Below are positions 1 to 11,955 of a stretch of DNA of 64,000 nt, one piece after another. The position numbers and the translations under genes were made by a program. Source of the stretch: Candidatus Hydrogenedens sp. GTDB lineage: Bacteria; Hydrogenedentota; Hydrogenedentia; Hydrogenedentales; Hydrogenedentaceae. The stretch covers positions 1-64,000 of the forward strand of contig JBMFRC010000014.1 in the NCBI GenBank assembly GCA_049968235.1. Direction: 5' to 3'. Numbering within the stretch: the stretch's first letter is position 1; the number at the start of each line of letters is the position of its first letter. Below the pieces are notes generated by a model. It was not told the origin of the DNA. It did not search any database and worked only from the letters and a program-made list of their open reading frames with translations.

Positions 1-734
1 ATCGGGTTGGTTGGGCGAGAACTTATTTGAAAAAAATCGGATTACTTGAATCTACAAAAAGGTCGTATTTCAAGATTACAAACTTAGGTTTAGAAGTTTT
101 ACAGAAAGCACCGAAGGAAATAAATGTAAAGTTTCTTGAGCAATTTCCTCAATTTATTGAGTTTAGAAATCTTCGCAAAGAAAAAGACGAAGAAGAAAAA
201 GAAGAAAGCTTAAACCAAACACCGCAAGAACTTTTAGAGTATGGATACCAAAGAATAAAAAAAGATTTAGATTCTGACTTGCTGAATCTTGTTAAGCAGG
301 CATCACCGCGTTTTTTTGAAAAATTAGTAGTTGAACTGTTAATTAAAATGGGCTATGGCGGGTCTTTAAAAGATGCAGGAAAAGCAATTGGTCAAAGTGG
401 TGATGGTGGTATAGACGGAATTATTAAAGAAGATAAACTTGGTTTGGATGTTATCTATATTCAGGCAAAAAGATGGGAAAATGTTGTTGGTTCTAAAGAG
501 ATTAGAAATTTTGTTGGAAGTCTTGCGGGGCAAAAAGCTAATAAAGGGGTTTTTTTCACGACTTCGAGTTTCACAAAAGATGCTTTGGAGTATGTAAAAA
601 CAATCCCTCATAAAGTGATTTTGATTGATGGAGAAATGCTAACACAATTAATGATTGAAAATGATATAGGTGTATCTAAAATAACTAGTTACGATATTAA
701 AAAAATAGATTCAGATTATTTTGAAGAAGAATAA
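1..734 (+). CDS. mrr: Mrr-family restriction endonuclease (type IV restriction system protein), 5'-truncated at window edge (frame open to nt 3; listed start at 27 is TTG)
   Basis: Translation has an Mrr-like N-terminal winged-helix segment followed by an Mrr_cat-like core (…GGIDGIIKEDKLGLDVIYIQAKRW…FVGSLAGQKANKGVFFTTSSFTKDA…). There is no stop upstream in frame, so the gene continues left of the window. Confidence 0.6.
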   Translation, partial: RVGWARTYLKKIGLLESTKRSYFKITNLGLEVLQKAPKEINVKFLEQFPQFIEFRNLRKEKDEEEKEESLNQTPQELLEYGYQRIKKDLDSDLLNLVKQASPRFFEKLVVELLIKMGYGGSLKDAGKAIGQSGDGGIDGIIKEDKLGLDVIYIQAKRWENVVGSKEIRNFVGSLAGQKANKGVFFTTSSFTKDALEYVKTIPHKVILIDGEMLTQLMIENDIGVSKITSYDIKKIDSDYFEEE

Positions 735-799
735 AAGAATTTGCCGTCAAGGAGGAAAATAATCTTATGACCTTAGAATAAATCATCGCCAAAATATTT

Positions 800-1195
800 A
801 TGATGGATGATAAAGCGAGAAGGAGTCATTCCAATCCTTTGAGTGTTTATTCTCGTTTTTTAATGGTTCCGCTTATCGCTTTGGCGTTTTGGAGTAGAAT
901 CTGGTTTGGCTGATGGTCGCTTATACCGATTGTTATTGTGTTTTTATGGGTTTGGCTTAATCCTCGTATTTTTCCCGAACCAAAAAGCACTTATAATTGG
1001 GCATCAAAAGCCGTTCTTGGTGAATGGTTATGGATGAACCGCAAAAACATGCCTGTGCCAGCCCATCACCGCTATCTTCCCAATATCCTTACTTTGGTAG
1101 CGACAATTGGTGAAATTTTCTTTGGTGTGGGTATAGTAATATTAGATTTATGGTTTACTGTTTTTTGTTGGTGTTGTTGTTCTTCTTCTAAGTAA
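800..1195 (+). pseudogene. Small hydrophobic membrane protein split by an in-frame TGA (800..913 and 938..1195 are in the same frame)
   Basis: Both pieces are hydrophobic and TM-helix-like (…MVPLIALAFWSRIWFG* WSLIPIVIVFLWVWLNP…IGEIFFGVGIVILDLWF…). TGA is a genuine stop in this genome, because menB ends on TGA at the homology-expected position. Confidence 0.2.
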
Positions 1196-1748
1196 TTTAT
1201 GGTTTATTGATCGTATGGTTTGGCTGTTTGAGGATATGAAGGATGCTATGCCGGAATATAAAAATTGGTTGTATTAATTTGCCGCCAAAGAAAAACTTGA
1301 AATTGTCCTTTTTGCTTCTGCTTCAGGACGAGGCGGATGAAAAGGGGGTATAGGGGAAATTCCGCTCGCTGAGACCGTTAATAAAATCGGTTCAGATTTT
1401 TTCAAAGACATACCGCCATATCTAGGTTTTTCATTAATTTGTAATACCATCTACAAACAATACAACTTTTATCCTTTTATGTTATAAGGTAGTTGCCTAT
1501 CTTTGTTGGTTTAGAAAAATGTTTTTGGGGAAGAGGTAATCATAAATCGATATTGTATTAATATATTCAAGCCTGCAATCAGACAAGATATTTTTCAAAC
1601 AAATATGAACACTACAGAATTTGCTGAGAACAGAAAAGTTTTAAGGATTTGTATCTATCTTTATTCGAATCCTTAAAGTTTTAATTTTATATTGACTTTA
1701 TAAATGATATTGAGGTAGTATCTAAAATATATGTAAAGGTTTAATTAT

Positions 1749-3108
1749 ATGTTTTACCTTAAATTGCCTTTTTTTGTTTTCGCACTTATTTGTTTTTCAC
1801 TTGTCTTTCCATGGGAATGTACTTCACTAAATAATATCTCTCCATATCCGCAAAATCCTTTTGTTATTAGTCTTGAAATTCCTGCACCGGAGGATAGTGC
1901 TGGAAATCTGATTGTAGCAGATTTAGATGGTGATAAAAGAATGGACTATCTTGTAACGCGTTCTGGATATATTGCAGGGTATTCGTGGAATGGAGAGAAG
2001 TTATGGATTAAAAATGTGGATATCCGTGTTGGGGGGCTGCAGAGACTTATGGATTACCGGGACATAACGGACCTGGTGTTCAGGCAGGTGATATAGAAGG
2101 AGACCGAAAAACAGAAGTTCTTTTCCTTACTAATGATAGTGTTTTACATGTAATTGAAGGTAAAACGGGTAAGGAAAAGTGGACATCTGCTCTTCCTCTT
2201 CCAGAAAATGCCGAGCGTTGGGAACATTTAGCAATAGTGAATCTACGAGGAAAGGGGGATTATGATATTGTTTTACAAGCCACAAATAAGGATGGCTATC
2301 GTATGGGACGATATGTATCTGCCTTTGCTCTGGAAAAATTGAAAAAAAGGGAATGTGAGCCATTATGGTCAAAAGATAATTTTCTTGCATGTGCCCACAA
2401 CGGGCTTCGTGTAGCAGATTTAAATGGAGATGAACGTGATGAAATTATTAGTGGTTGCATCATTTCCCCTGACGGAAAAGAAATTTTCAGAATACCTGAT
2501 TTAGACGGACATTTAGACAGTGTATTCATAGGAGATGTGCGACCTGATATTCCCGGTATTGAAGTAGTTACTCTGGAGGAGGGTGCCAATCGGGTATTTC
2601 TATTCGGAATAAACGGTATGATTTGGACCTCGGATAATATAAGGCAGGAACCTCAAAATGTGGCTATTGGCGAGTTTAATATGATTCTGCCGGTTTAGAA
2701 ATCTGGTGCCGGAGCCGGTATGATACCGACCAGAAACCGTGGTTTTTTGATGCAAATGGGAAAATAATTGCAGATTACGAAATGCGTAATGTTGCTCCTT
2801 CAGATTGGACTAACAAAGGTATTGAGGTTATAAATTCTATTTACTGGGATGGAACAGACCGACAGTATATTTGTGCTAAGGAACGACATGAGTCGGGTGA
2901 TGTAACTGTGATTGACCCAATAACGGGTAATTTTCTTCATCGTTTTCCGGAGAAAGCAGACCGGTTGTATATTGCCGATGTGGCAGGAGATTGGAGAGAA
3001 GAAATCATTGTTCTCACCGGAAATCAGTTGCATATATATCAGAATGAAGAAAAAATCCTAATCCTAAAAAAACACATTTATGGGAAGAACCCTTATATCG
3101 CAGGCTGA
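1749..3108 (+). pseudogene. Secreted FG-GAP/VCBS-repeat beta-propeller protein disrupted by two -1 frameshifts (segments 1749..~2033 frame 0, ~2033..~2682 frame 2, ~2682..3108 frame 1)
   Basis: N-terminal signal peptide. Repeated FG-GAP-like motifs occur in all three frame segments (VADLDGDKRMDYLVT; AGDIEGDRKTEVLF; VADLNGDERDEIISG; IADVAGDWREEIIV). Frame 2 is open from ~2021 and frame 1 from 2680, so the three ORFs join into one protein of ~450 aa. The first shift sits at the GGGGGG run at 2031-2036. Confidence 0.6.
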
Positions 3109-3256
3109 AGGCAGTGTGGAATTATTATTCCCCATGAGAAAACGAGATTAGCCGTATTTGCAAATACGATAAAATTATAGATTATTCCAGACAGTTCTCA
3201 TTTGTCTAACTCGTTTGACTTATGTAACCTGCAAGACATTTCTATATTAAAATGGG

Positions 3257-3290
3257 GAGGGCAGGAATCTATTATTAAATTCCTGCCCTC
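3257..3290 (-). terminator. Rho-independent terminator downstream of groEL
   Basis: Perfect 12-bp inverted repeat gagggcaggaat/attcctgccctc around a 10-nt loop, just 3' of the groEL stop on the minus strand. The run downstream on the transcript is only moderately T-rich (cccattttaatat), so the U-tract is weak. Confidence 0.55.
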
Positions 3291-3324
3291 GAATTTATAT
3301 TTCAGGTATTGGGTCTCTAATTTT

Positions 3325-4974
<1,650 letters not shown>

Positions 4975-4980
4975 TTAAGG

Positions 4981-5277
4981 TTATTCTTCAATTACTGCAA
5001 GTACATCTTCCTCGCGGAGAATGACATGTTCTTCACCGTCAATCTTTACTTCCGTTCCGGAATATTTGCCCATGAGGATACGGTCACCCTTTTTCAATTC
5101 CATGGGGACACGTTTGCCGTTATCATCCAGTCTACCTGGACCTACTGCAACAACACGCGCTTCCTGAGGTTTCTCTTTTGCCGTGTCGGGGATAATAATA
5201 CCACCACGCACGGTCTCTTCGGGTTCAATTCGTTTTACAAGAATACGGTCTGCTAATGGACGAACCTTTGTAGCCAT
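4981..5277 (-). CDS. groES: Co-chaperonin GroES (10 kDa)
   Basis: 98-aa translation [48 protein letters not shown]… matches GroES, and it sits 24 nt upstream of groEL. Confidence 0.95.
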   Translation of the reverse strand: MATKVRPLADRILVKRIEPEETVRGGIIIPDTAKEKPQEARVVAVGPGRLDDNGKRVPMELKKGDRILMGKYSGTEVKIDGEEHVILREEDVLAVIEE

Positions 5278-5402
5278 AATGCACCATCCTCCATTTGTTG
5301 TTGAAGGTTAAGGTTAAAATTAAGTTACTGAAAAATTTATAAATTTCATTGAGGACGGTAAATCCATCCTCACAATTTATAACGCAAGCAGTGCATATTT
5401 TG

Positions 5403-5429
5403 TTAGCACTCGCTTATAGTGAGTGATAA
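5403..5429 (-). promoter_or_regulatory. CIRCE operator (HrcA binding site) in the groESL promoter region
   Basis: TTAGCACTC-N9-GAGTGATAA matches the CIRCE consensus TTAGCACTC-N9-GAGTGCTAA at 17/18 positions, about 130 nt upstream of the groES start. Confidence 0.85.
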
Positions 5430-5584
5430 TAACAAATGCCTATGCCCTTTGTCAAGTCAACTACTACCACTACAAAACATTTACAGATACCATAAATAAC
5501 GATTCGTTTAAAAACGAAAAGGTAGTTTTTTTGAAATTTGAGGTTTTATTTGATTTAATCCATAATCTATGATAAAATATATCA

Positions 5585-5938
5585 ATGTTTAACAAAACAG
5601 ATAAGGTATATACCATAAAAGAAGTATCGGAATTAACAGGTATTCCGATATATAAAATACGCCAGTGGGAAAAACAGATTAAAAAATTAAAACCGAAAAG
5701 GCATCCGAAGACCAACTGGCGATTCTATACAGATGAAGATATAAAAACCCTGCGAGAAGTAAATTATTTGCTCCGGTACAAAAAAATGCGATTGCAGGGA
5801 ATTGATAATGAATTGACGAAAATCGAACGGCTTGGAGATACTTCGTTGGATCGTATAGCCATTCGAAATTTACTTCGTCAAGTTCGTTTAGAATTGAATC
5901 AAATTCGTTTTTTGGTTAAGTCCATCATAAACGAATAG
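5585..5938 (+). CDS. MerR-family HTH transcriptional regulator (small, 117 aa), divergent from groESL
   Basis: N-terminal MerR-like HTH (YTIKEVSELTGIPIYKIRQWEK…FYTDEDIKTLREVNYL) followed by a coiled-coil-like tail. Confidence 0.5.
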   Translation: MFNKTDKVYTIKEVSELTGIPIYKIRQWEKQIKKLKPKRHPKTNWRFYTDEDIKTLREVNYLLRYKKMRLQGIDNELTKIERLGDTSLDRIAIRNLLRQVRLELNQIRFLVKSIINE

Positions 5939-5952
5939 TGAAAGTTTCAGGT

Positions 5953-6031
<79 letters not shown>

Positions 6032-6689
6032 TGAATATTGAACAAACACACCACAGCATAGGGGAACAAACAAAATGAAAAGTCATACCAAACAGATGTT
6101 TTTTCCCATGCACATAAATTCCACCTCCATGATAAGTGCCCTTGCTTAAAACAATATTTTTCCCTGTCCGATATATCCAAACCGTCCGGTGCATCCAATC
6201 TCCACTCAACCTTTGCTGTAAAGGGAATAGAAGGTCTTGCCAGAGAGTCGAATACCCCACAAACACAATCCCGCCTTCATGGTAAATACCCCGGGGAAAC
6301 ATCATTTCTCTTTATCTAACTTATCCTGACTGTCCACGAGTCTGCCCTGTATGATTTACCGCACACAACATTTCCAAACCACGCCTGCATGACAATGCCA
6401 CGGAGAAATATCGTTCCTTTTTGTCTAACGCGTCAGAAGCGTCAGATATGTTCGATTTTCTTTCCCTACAAAACCTGTCTATATGGCAATGCCTCTTTAT
6501 GTGGGGCGAATAATCATTCACCTTAATGTCAAAAATATGGGTTTTGCATTCGATTGATTTGTGAGAAGAACTTTTTAACCCTTTAGCGATAAGTAATGAA
6601 AAGTTTCTTTGTTTGTCTCTACCCTACAAGATGGCTTTAATAGATTTTCAGATATTGGTATTACAATTTTTGGAGCAATTTTGATAATC

Positions 6690-7199
6690 TTAGTAAGTAG
6701 GTACCATGTTATTGAAAAGGGAAAGAATATCTTTATAATCCATCAATTCTGCCAGGTCTTTCGGGGATAATCCATCCATTTCAATTGCCTGAATCCATGG
6801 GTCAGCACCATGCAAAAGCAATGATTCTACAATTGAAGTATATCCGAAAAGACAAGCCCAATGAAGTGGTGTTAGACCGTAATAACTCACGGAATTTACT
6901 TTTGATACAGGAAGTAATATATCAACTATATCTGCTCTGTTAATACGAACAGCTACATGAAGTGGAATTTCACCTAAAAGATTCTTTTCATTGGGATCTG
7001 CTCCGAACTGTAATAAACTCTGGACTGCTTCTTTAATGCCCAGCCGAACAGCCCGATGTAACGGTGCAATCTGAGATGTGTCTGTTGCATGGTCATCACG
7101 GAGAGTTTCTAAAAGGACTCTTAACAGAACAGGATGGTCAGAGTTTATTAATTTTTCAAGTGGGTCTGTGTTTTTGGGTATGATGCTGAGTGTGTTCAT
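6690..7199 (-). CDS. Ankyrin-repeat protein (about 4 ANK repeats)
   Basis: Repeats of the ANK consensus (…LHRAVRLGIKEAVQSLLQFGADPNEKNLLGEIPLHVAV…GLTPLHWACLFGYTSIVESLLLHGADP). Start chosen at the internal ATG at 7199, which has an AGGAG RBS 8 nt upstream; the longer ORF start at 7229 has no RBS. Confidence 0.75.
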   Translation of the reverse strand: MNTLSIIPKNTDPLEKLINSDHPVLLRVLLETLRDDHATDTSQIAPLHRAVRLGIKEAVQSLLQFGADPNEKNLLGEIPLHVAVRINRADIVDILLPVSKVNSVSYYGLTPLHWACLFGYTSIVESLLLHGADPWIQAIEMDGLSPKDLAELMDYKDILSLFNNMVPTY

Positions 7200-7485
7200 A
7201 GCTATACTCCTTATACTGCCCTGTGCCATAATTGTTATTCAATTGTATTAATTATAAAGCAATATTTATGCCAGTATAAGTTAATAAATTTATATTTCAT
7301 AAATTATTGAAATAGAATATCTTATTATTAGAATATCAAAAAAAGTTTTTTGAAAGTGCTAAAAACTATGGATTGACACTGACAAAATGTCGGATATTCG
7401 TCAATGTTTTATATTTATGTTTTAGAAATAGGGTAATGATATGGTATATCATATATGAAAATATATATGAGGTGAAATAAACATT

Positions 7486-8346
7486 ATGATTTTCAGAAGC
7501 TATAGTTTTATAAGGTTTTGCTCCTATTTTAGTATCCTGTGTTTATTAACAATGACTTTTTTTTCCTGTCTTCCAAAAGAAAAACAAAAAGAAGAGAGTG
7601 CCAAACCTTCTCTCAACGACTTATACCAAGCATGGTATACTCAGACAACATTGAAGAGAGAGAACATCGACTATCAAACAACTTTGGCTTTATCTTCTCA
7701 GATAATTTCTTTGTATGGAGAAGAAGGAATCAATAAGATTTTTTTTGTTCTTGAAAATCAGCAGGAAAAACCCATAGCAAAATATTTGGCTGTGATGGCT
7801 TTAACTCCATACTTAAAAGAAAATTGGGCTGAAAAATTACTTTCATTAATAGAGCCGGATAAAGAGGTGAATACGCGCGTATGTGCTATATCTCTTTTAA
7901 GTTTAATTCAAACACCTGAAGTTACAAATCATTTGAAAAAATATATAAACGACCCGGAACCGCGTGTTCAATTTGAAGCTTTAACAGCATTAGCCAAAAG
8001 AGGAGAACCCGAAGGTATCCAACAGATTCATTATCTCTGGGATAATGCAAAGGATAGCCCCGACAAACGGGAACATATCCTTTTATCCATTCCCCCGTCC
8101 GAAATACCTTCTTTTCTACCTCTTTTTCGTGAATCCGCAAAAGATGAGCAATTAACGCTAACCATTCGACGGGAAGCCATAACACAGTTAGGTCGTTATG
8201 GTAAGGAAAAAGAAGATGTAGATACACTTAAAAGTATATTGGATACTGAAATTGAAAATAGTATAAAGGAATTAGTTCAAAGTGCTTTGGATGCAGTTCT
8301 TGCTCGTTTACAGAGCAATTCTTTACCATCAACACCTTCCAATTAG
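7486..8346 (+). CDS. HEAT/PBS-lyase-like repeat lipoprotein (hypothetical)
   Basis: Signal peptide with a lipobox-like FFSC, then HEAT-like repeats (…DPEPRVQFEALTALAKRGEPEGI…); RBS GAGGTGA. Confidence 0.5.
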   Translation: MIFRSYSFIRFCSYFSILCLLTMTFFSCLPKEKQKEESAKPSLNDLYQAWYTQTTLKRENIDYQTTLALSSQIISLYGEEGINKIFFVLENQQEKPIAKYLAVMALTPYLKENWAEKLLSLIEPDKEVNTRVCAISLLSLIQTPEVTNHLKKYINDPEPRVQFEALTALAKRGEPEGIQQIHYLWDNAKDSPDKREHILLSIPPSEIPSFLPLFRESAKDEQLTLTIRREAITQLGRYGKEKEDVDTLKSILDTEIENSIKELVQSALDAVLARLQSNSLPSTPSN

Positions 8347-8415
8347 ATAAAAAAGTGATAAAAGAAAACCTTTGATGTATAATATATAAAAAAACAATAA
8401 AGGAGATGTTATTTT

Positions 8416-8766
8416 ATGCTGTTTCGGAAGAAACGGCCTACGTGGCTTACACAATTATTACGAAATCAAGAGATTAAGGAATCACAATCCGTAGCGGATA
8501 ATGAAACCTTTTTGATTGAACGCGAGATGATGTTAAAAGGAACCGATGTCCCGCGGGGTAATAGAATTGTACGACAATTTGCCGTAATAGTTAATGGTGC
8601 GGTATATGTTGTTACTAGTGGAGAACGAGTTAACCGTGCAGTTTATGAAGCATTACTGGAAGCCGGTGCGGTGATACCTATCCCCGGTGTAGATATAAAA
8701 CCCCGAAGTGCAACTTCTGGTAGTATGCGAATAGAGGATGATTCCGTTATAGAGAACGATAGATGA
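8416..8766 (+). CDS. Hypothetical protein (116 aa), translationally coupled (ATGA overlap) to the downstream GT2-TPR gene
   Basis: Good RBS (AAAGGAG); the stop overlaps the start of the next gene; no family recognised. Confidence 0.4.
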   Translation: MLFRKKRPTWLTQLLRNQEIKESQSVADNETFLIEREMMLKGTDVPRGNRIVRQFAVIVNGAVYVVTSGERVNRAVYEALLEAGAVIPIPGVDIKPRSATSGSMRIEDDSVIENDR

Positions 8767-9869
8767 CCAATGTTGTCCCCCTTCTTTCGGTTGCAATGAT
8801 TGTGAGGGATGAAGAACAAATTCTCCCAGAGTGTCTAAAAAATCTTAAATCATTTGTTGATGAAATTTGTATTATAGATACAGGGTCTGTGGATGGAACA
8901 ATATCGATAGCACAGTCTGCGGGTGCTAAAGTAAAATGTATTTCATGGGAGAATGATTTCTCTTATGCACGCAACGAATCCTTAAAACTATGCACAGGAA
9001 AATGGATTTTTATTTTCGACGCAGATGAACGTTTATCCGAGGAAGATGGGGTAAGACTTCGACAGTTAGCAGAGGAAAATAATTTCTGTGCCTACCGTTT
9101 ATGGACAAGAAATTATACTTCAAGAATAGACCGTAGCGATTTTCAATATGCCGAAAAAGGTGATGCATGGGCTTATGAATTTCCTGGATGGTTTCCAAGT
9201 GCAAAAGTTCGGCTATTTCCTAATCTCTCAGAAATAAAATTTGAGGGACCTGTTCATGAAACGGTTCTCAATTCATTACAACAGAAATCTATTCCTATTG
9301 TTGATAATGAAGAAATTATTATCCACCATTATGGAGAGTGTAAGTCGAAGGATAAAATATTAAAAAAACAAGAAATGTATTTACATTTAGGTAAAAAGAA
9401 AATTCAACAACAGCCTGAAAATCCTTATTCATATGCAGAATTGGCAAGCCAATATGCTGAAATGGGACGATTTCCGGATGCCTTAGAATGCTACCGTAAA
9501 GCACTTGAAAAAGAAACAAATCATCCCGAATGGTGGGGAGAAGTTGGAAGCCTTTTGTTTATATTAGGATACAAAAAGGAAGCAGAACAATCTTTCCAGA
9601 TAGCAGTTAAACTTAACACAGATTATTATCCTGCCTGGCGAAACTTATCTTTGCTTTATATAGAAACAAAACGGTGGAATGATTCTTTATCTACCCTCCA
9701 ACAAGCAAATCGTATCCGACCTGATGATTGTGAAATTCTTGAAATTATGGGAAATGTTTTCCTTGAATTAGGCGAGAAAGAAAAAGCCAGAGATTGCTTT
9801 TGCCATCTTCTAAAAATAAACCCCAATAATCAAAAAATTCAGGAAAAATTAAAATCCACTCAGATATAA
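8763..9869 (+). CDS. Family-2 glycosyltransferase with C-terminal TPR repeats
   Basis: N-terminal GT-A fold motifs (LSVAMIVRDEEQIL…IIDTGSVDGT…IFIFDADERL) and C-terminal TPR-like repeats (YSYAELASQYAEMGRFPDALECYRKALE…). Confidence 0.7.
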   Translation: MTNVVPLLSVAMIVRDEEQILPECLKNLKSFVDEICIIDTGSVDGTISIAQSAGAKVKCISWENDFSYARNESLKLCTGKWIFIFDADERLSEEDGVRLRQLAEENNFCAYRLWTRNYTSRIDRSDFQYAEKGDAWAYEFPGWFPSAKVRLFPNLSEIKFEGPVHETVLNSLQQKSIPIVDNEEIIIHHYGECKSKDKILKKQEMYLHLGKKKIQQQPENPYSYAELASQYAEMGRFPDALECYRKALEKETNHPEWWGEVGSLLFILGYKKEAEQSFQIAVKLNTDYYPAWRNLSLLYIETKRWNDSLSTLQQANRIRPDDCEILEIMGNVFLELGEKEKARDCFCHLLKINPNNQKIQEKLKSTQI

Positions 9870-10089
9870 ATCGAATCTTATTACTTTTCTTGCACACCTA
9901 GTAATGAAGTAAATTATGATGTTCGTCAGAAAAGGGAACTAGTGTAAATGCAAATTAAAGAATCGCAAAGCATTAATAATTTCTATGAAAGAGAAAGTAG
10001 ATGTTTTGAGTTTTGATTTAAATTATGTTTGTATGAATAAAATTTAATGTTATAATGATATTAATAAACGAAAAATTCAAGGGCAAAAA

Positions 10090-10662
10090 ATGAAACAAAT
10101 AACTTTGCAGCTTATAATGGAATATCTGGAACGTTTCGGTTGGAAAAACTATGAAGCAGTAAAAGAACCTTCGGAGCAAGAGGGAATTATTTATACAGGT
10201 TGGAGGGCTTCGGAGCATAGCCCTGTGTATATGTTAAGTATTGACCCTATGATAGAAAAAAAATGTATTTCTTTCCGCACACAGAGTTTGATACAGGCAC
10301 CTTATAGGAATATTTCTCAGGACTGTTTATTAAATTTACTACTAGCTTTGCATTGGATTAATTTCCGTATTATAGTTGGAAAATTTTCATACGAACCTGC
10401 GCGAGGGGAAGTTCGTTTCTCCATTGATTTACCCATAGATGAAAATACTATATCCTACGCCCAATTTGTGCATTCATTAGGTTTAATTGTAGAAATTGTT
10501 GAAACTTATGTCCCATTGATAAAAAAAATAAAAGAGGGCGAACTAACAGCAGAAAAATTTATACAACATGACCTTAGCGGAGAGGTTATATTGGGAGAAC
10601 AGGGCCTCAGTCAGAGTTTGAAAGACCTCTTAAAAGGATTGGGTAGAATCAACTGGAATTAA
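10090..10662 (+). CDS. YbjN-domain-like protein (hypothetical)
   Basis: About 190 aa; the pattern resembles YbjN/T3SS-chaperone-like sensory proteins (…GWKNYEAVKEPSEQEGIIYTGWRASEHSPVYMLSIDPMIEKKCISFRTQ…). Weak call. Confidence 0.3.
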   Translation: MKQITLQLIMEYLERFGWKNYEAVKEPSEQEGIIYTGWRASEHSPVYMLSIDPMIEKKCISFRTQSLIQAPYRNISQDCLLNLLLALHWINFRIIVGKFSYEPARGEVRFSIDLPIDENTISYAQFVHSLGLIVEIVETYVPLIKKIKEGELTAEKFIQHDLSGEVILGEQGLSQSLKDLLKGLGRINWN

Positions 10663-10822
10663 AAGAAAAAGAATACTTCAGATGAAATCTTTTTATATGA
10701 CCGCACTCTCGTCTTAATTTTAAAAAATTATAGACAAATTTTATAAATATATAAATAATTATAATTTAGCAAATAATGTAAAATGAGAAAGTCTAAGTCT
10801 AACAAAACTTTACAAAAAGGTA

Positions 10823-10851
10823 TTGACAAATTTTCGTTTTTAGTGTATAAT
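10823..10851 (+). promoter_or_regulatory. Consensus sigma70 promoter (TTGACA-N17-TATAAT) driving the sugar isomerase-like gene
   Basis: Exact TTGACA at 10823-10828, 17-nt spacer, exact TATAAT at 10846-10851. The gene starts at 10917 with an AAGGAGGAG RBS. Confidence 0.55.
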
Positions 10852-10916
10852 TCCTTCTATTTATGAAATCATATAATTAGTTTATAGTCCTTAAAAATTA
10901 AGATAAGGAGGAGAAA

Positions 10917-11894
10917 ATGACACTTCGTTTTTCAACTACACTTGGGATTTTCGACACGGTATATGATGATTATTGTAAAGAAGGTTATCGTGAGCCTATC
11001 AAATTTACAGAAGCACTGGCAATTATTCCAAAATTAAAAAATATTAGTGCCGTAGAAATTCGTCAAACGGATATTACCAATGACCTTCCGGTGAAGACCG
11101 TAAAGAGAATGTTAAAAGATTATGATATTGCTTGTTCCGCAGTGTCTGTTGATTTTTCAGAAAGCCGGAAATATGCCTTAGGCGCATTAGGTCATCAACA
11201 TCCGAAAATGCGAAGCACAGCCATTGATGAAGGTCGTAAAGCGGTAGATATTGCGAGAGGACTTGGGACTACCGAAGTTGTTCTTCGTTTATATACAGAT
11301 GGTTCTGATTATCCTTTTCATGTAGATTATTTAAATCAATGGAATACAATAATATCCTCTGTAAAAACGATTGCCAAATATGCTTCGCCGGATATCAATG
11401 TGTCCATTTTATACAAATCTCGCAATCCTCGGAAATACATTACCGTTTCTTCCGCAGGTAGAGCCCTTGCCATGTGTCAGGAAATAGCTATGAAAAATAT
11501 CGGCGTTGCCTTAAGTTTTTCTAATGCAATGATAGCGGGAGAAATTCCCGCAGAATCCATAGCTCATATTTCGCGTGCGGGAAAATTGTTTCAGGTATAT
11601 TTAAATGATACATGTCTTCTATCGGATGATATGCTTGTCCCGGGGGGGTATCATTTATGGGAGTTGCTGGAGACTTTGTTCTATTTAAGAACGACAAAAT
11701 ATAAAGGTTATATAAATCTTGATTTGCGAGCCAGTCGTATGGAACCGATATATACATTACAAATAGCGATTGGAAATATTATTATATTAGATAAAAAACT
11801 TGAGAAATTAGATATAACGGAATTACGCAAGGCACAAAGAACCTTAGATGCGACAGAAAGTCAGAGGATTATTCGCCGAGTTATGCTCATTTAG
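10917..11894 (+). CDS. Sugar phosphate isomerase/epimerase (xylose-isomerase-like TIM barrel) family protein
   Basis: Size and pattern fit the AP-endonuclease-2 / xylose isomerase-like TIM barrel fold; strong RBS. Family call is tentative. Confidence 0.4.
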   Translation: MTLRFSTTLGIFDTVYDDYCKEGYREPIKFTEALAIIPKLKNISAVEIRQTDITNDLPVKTVKRMLKDYDIACSAVSVDFSESRKYALGALGHQHPKMRSTAIDEGRKAVDIARGLGTTEVVLRLYTDGSDYPFHVDYLNQWNTIISSVKTIAKYASPDINVSILYKSRNPRKYITVSSAGRALAMCQEIAMKNIGVALSFSNAMIAGEIPAESIAHISRAGKLFQVYLNDTCLLSDDMLVPGGYHLWELLETLFYLRTTKYKGYINLDLRASRMEPIYTLQIAIGNIIILDKKLEKLDITELRKAQRTLDATESQRIIRRVMLI

Positions 11895-11955
11895 AAACAT
11901 TCTTCAAATAAATATAAAAAATCTATTCAAGGAGAGATAATCTCCTTGAATTTTT

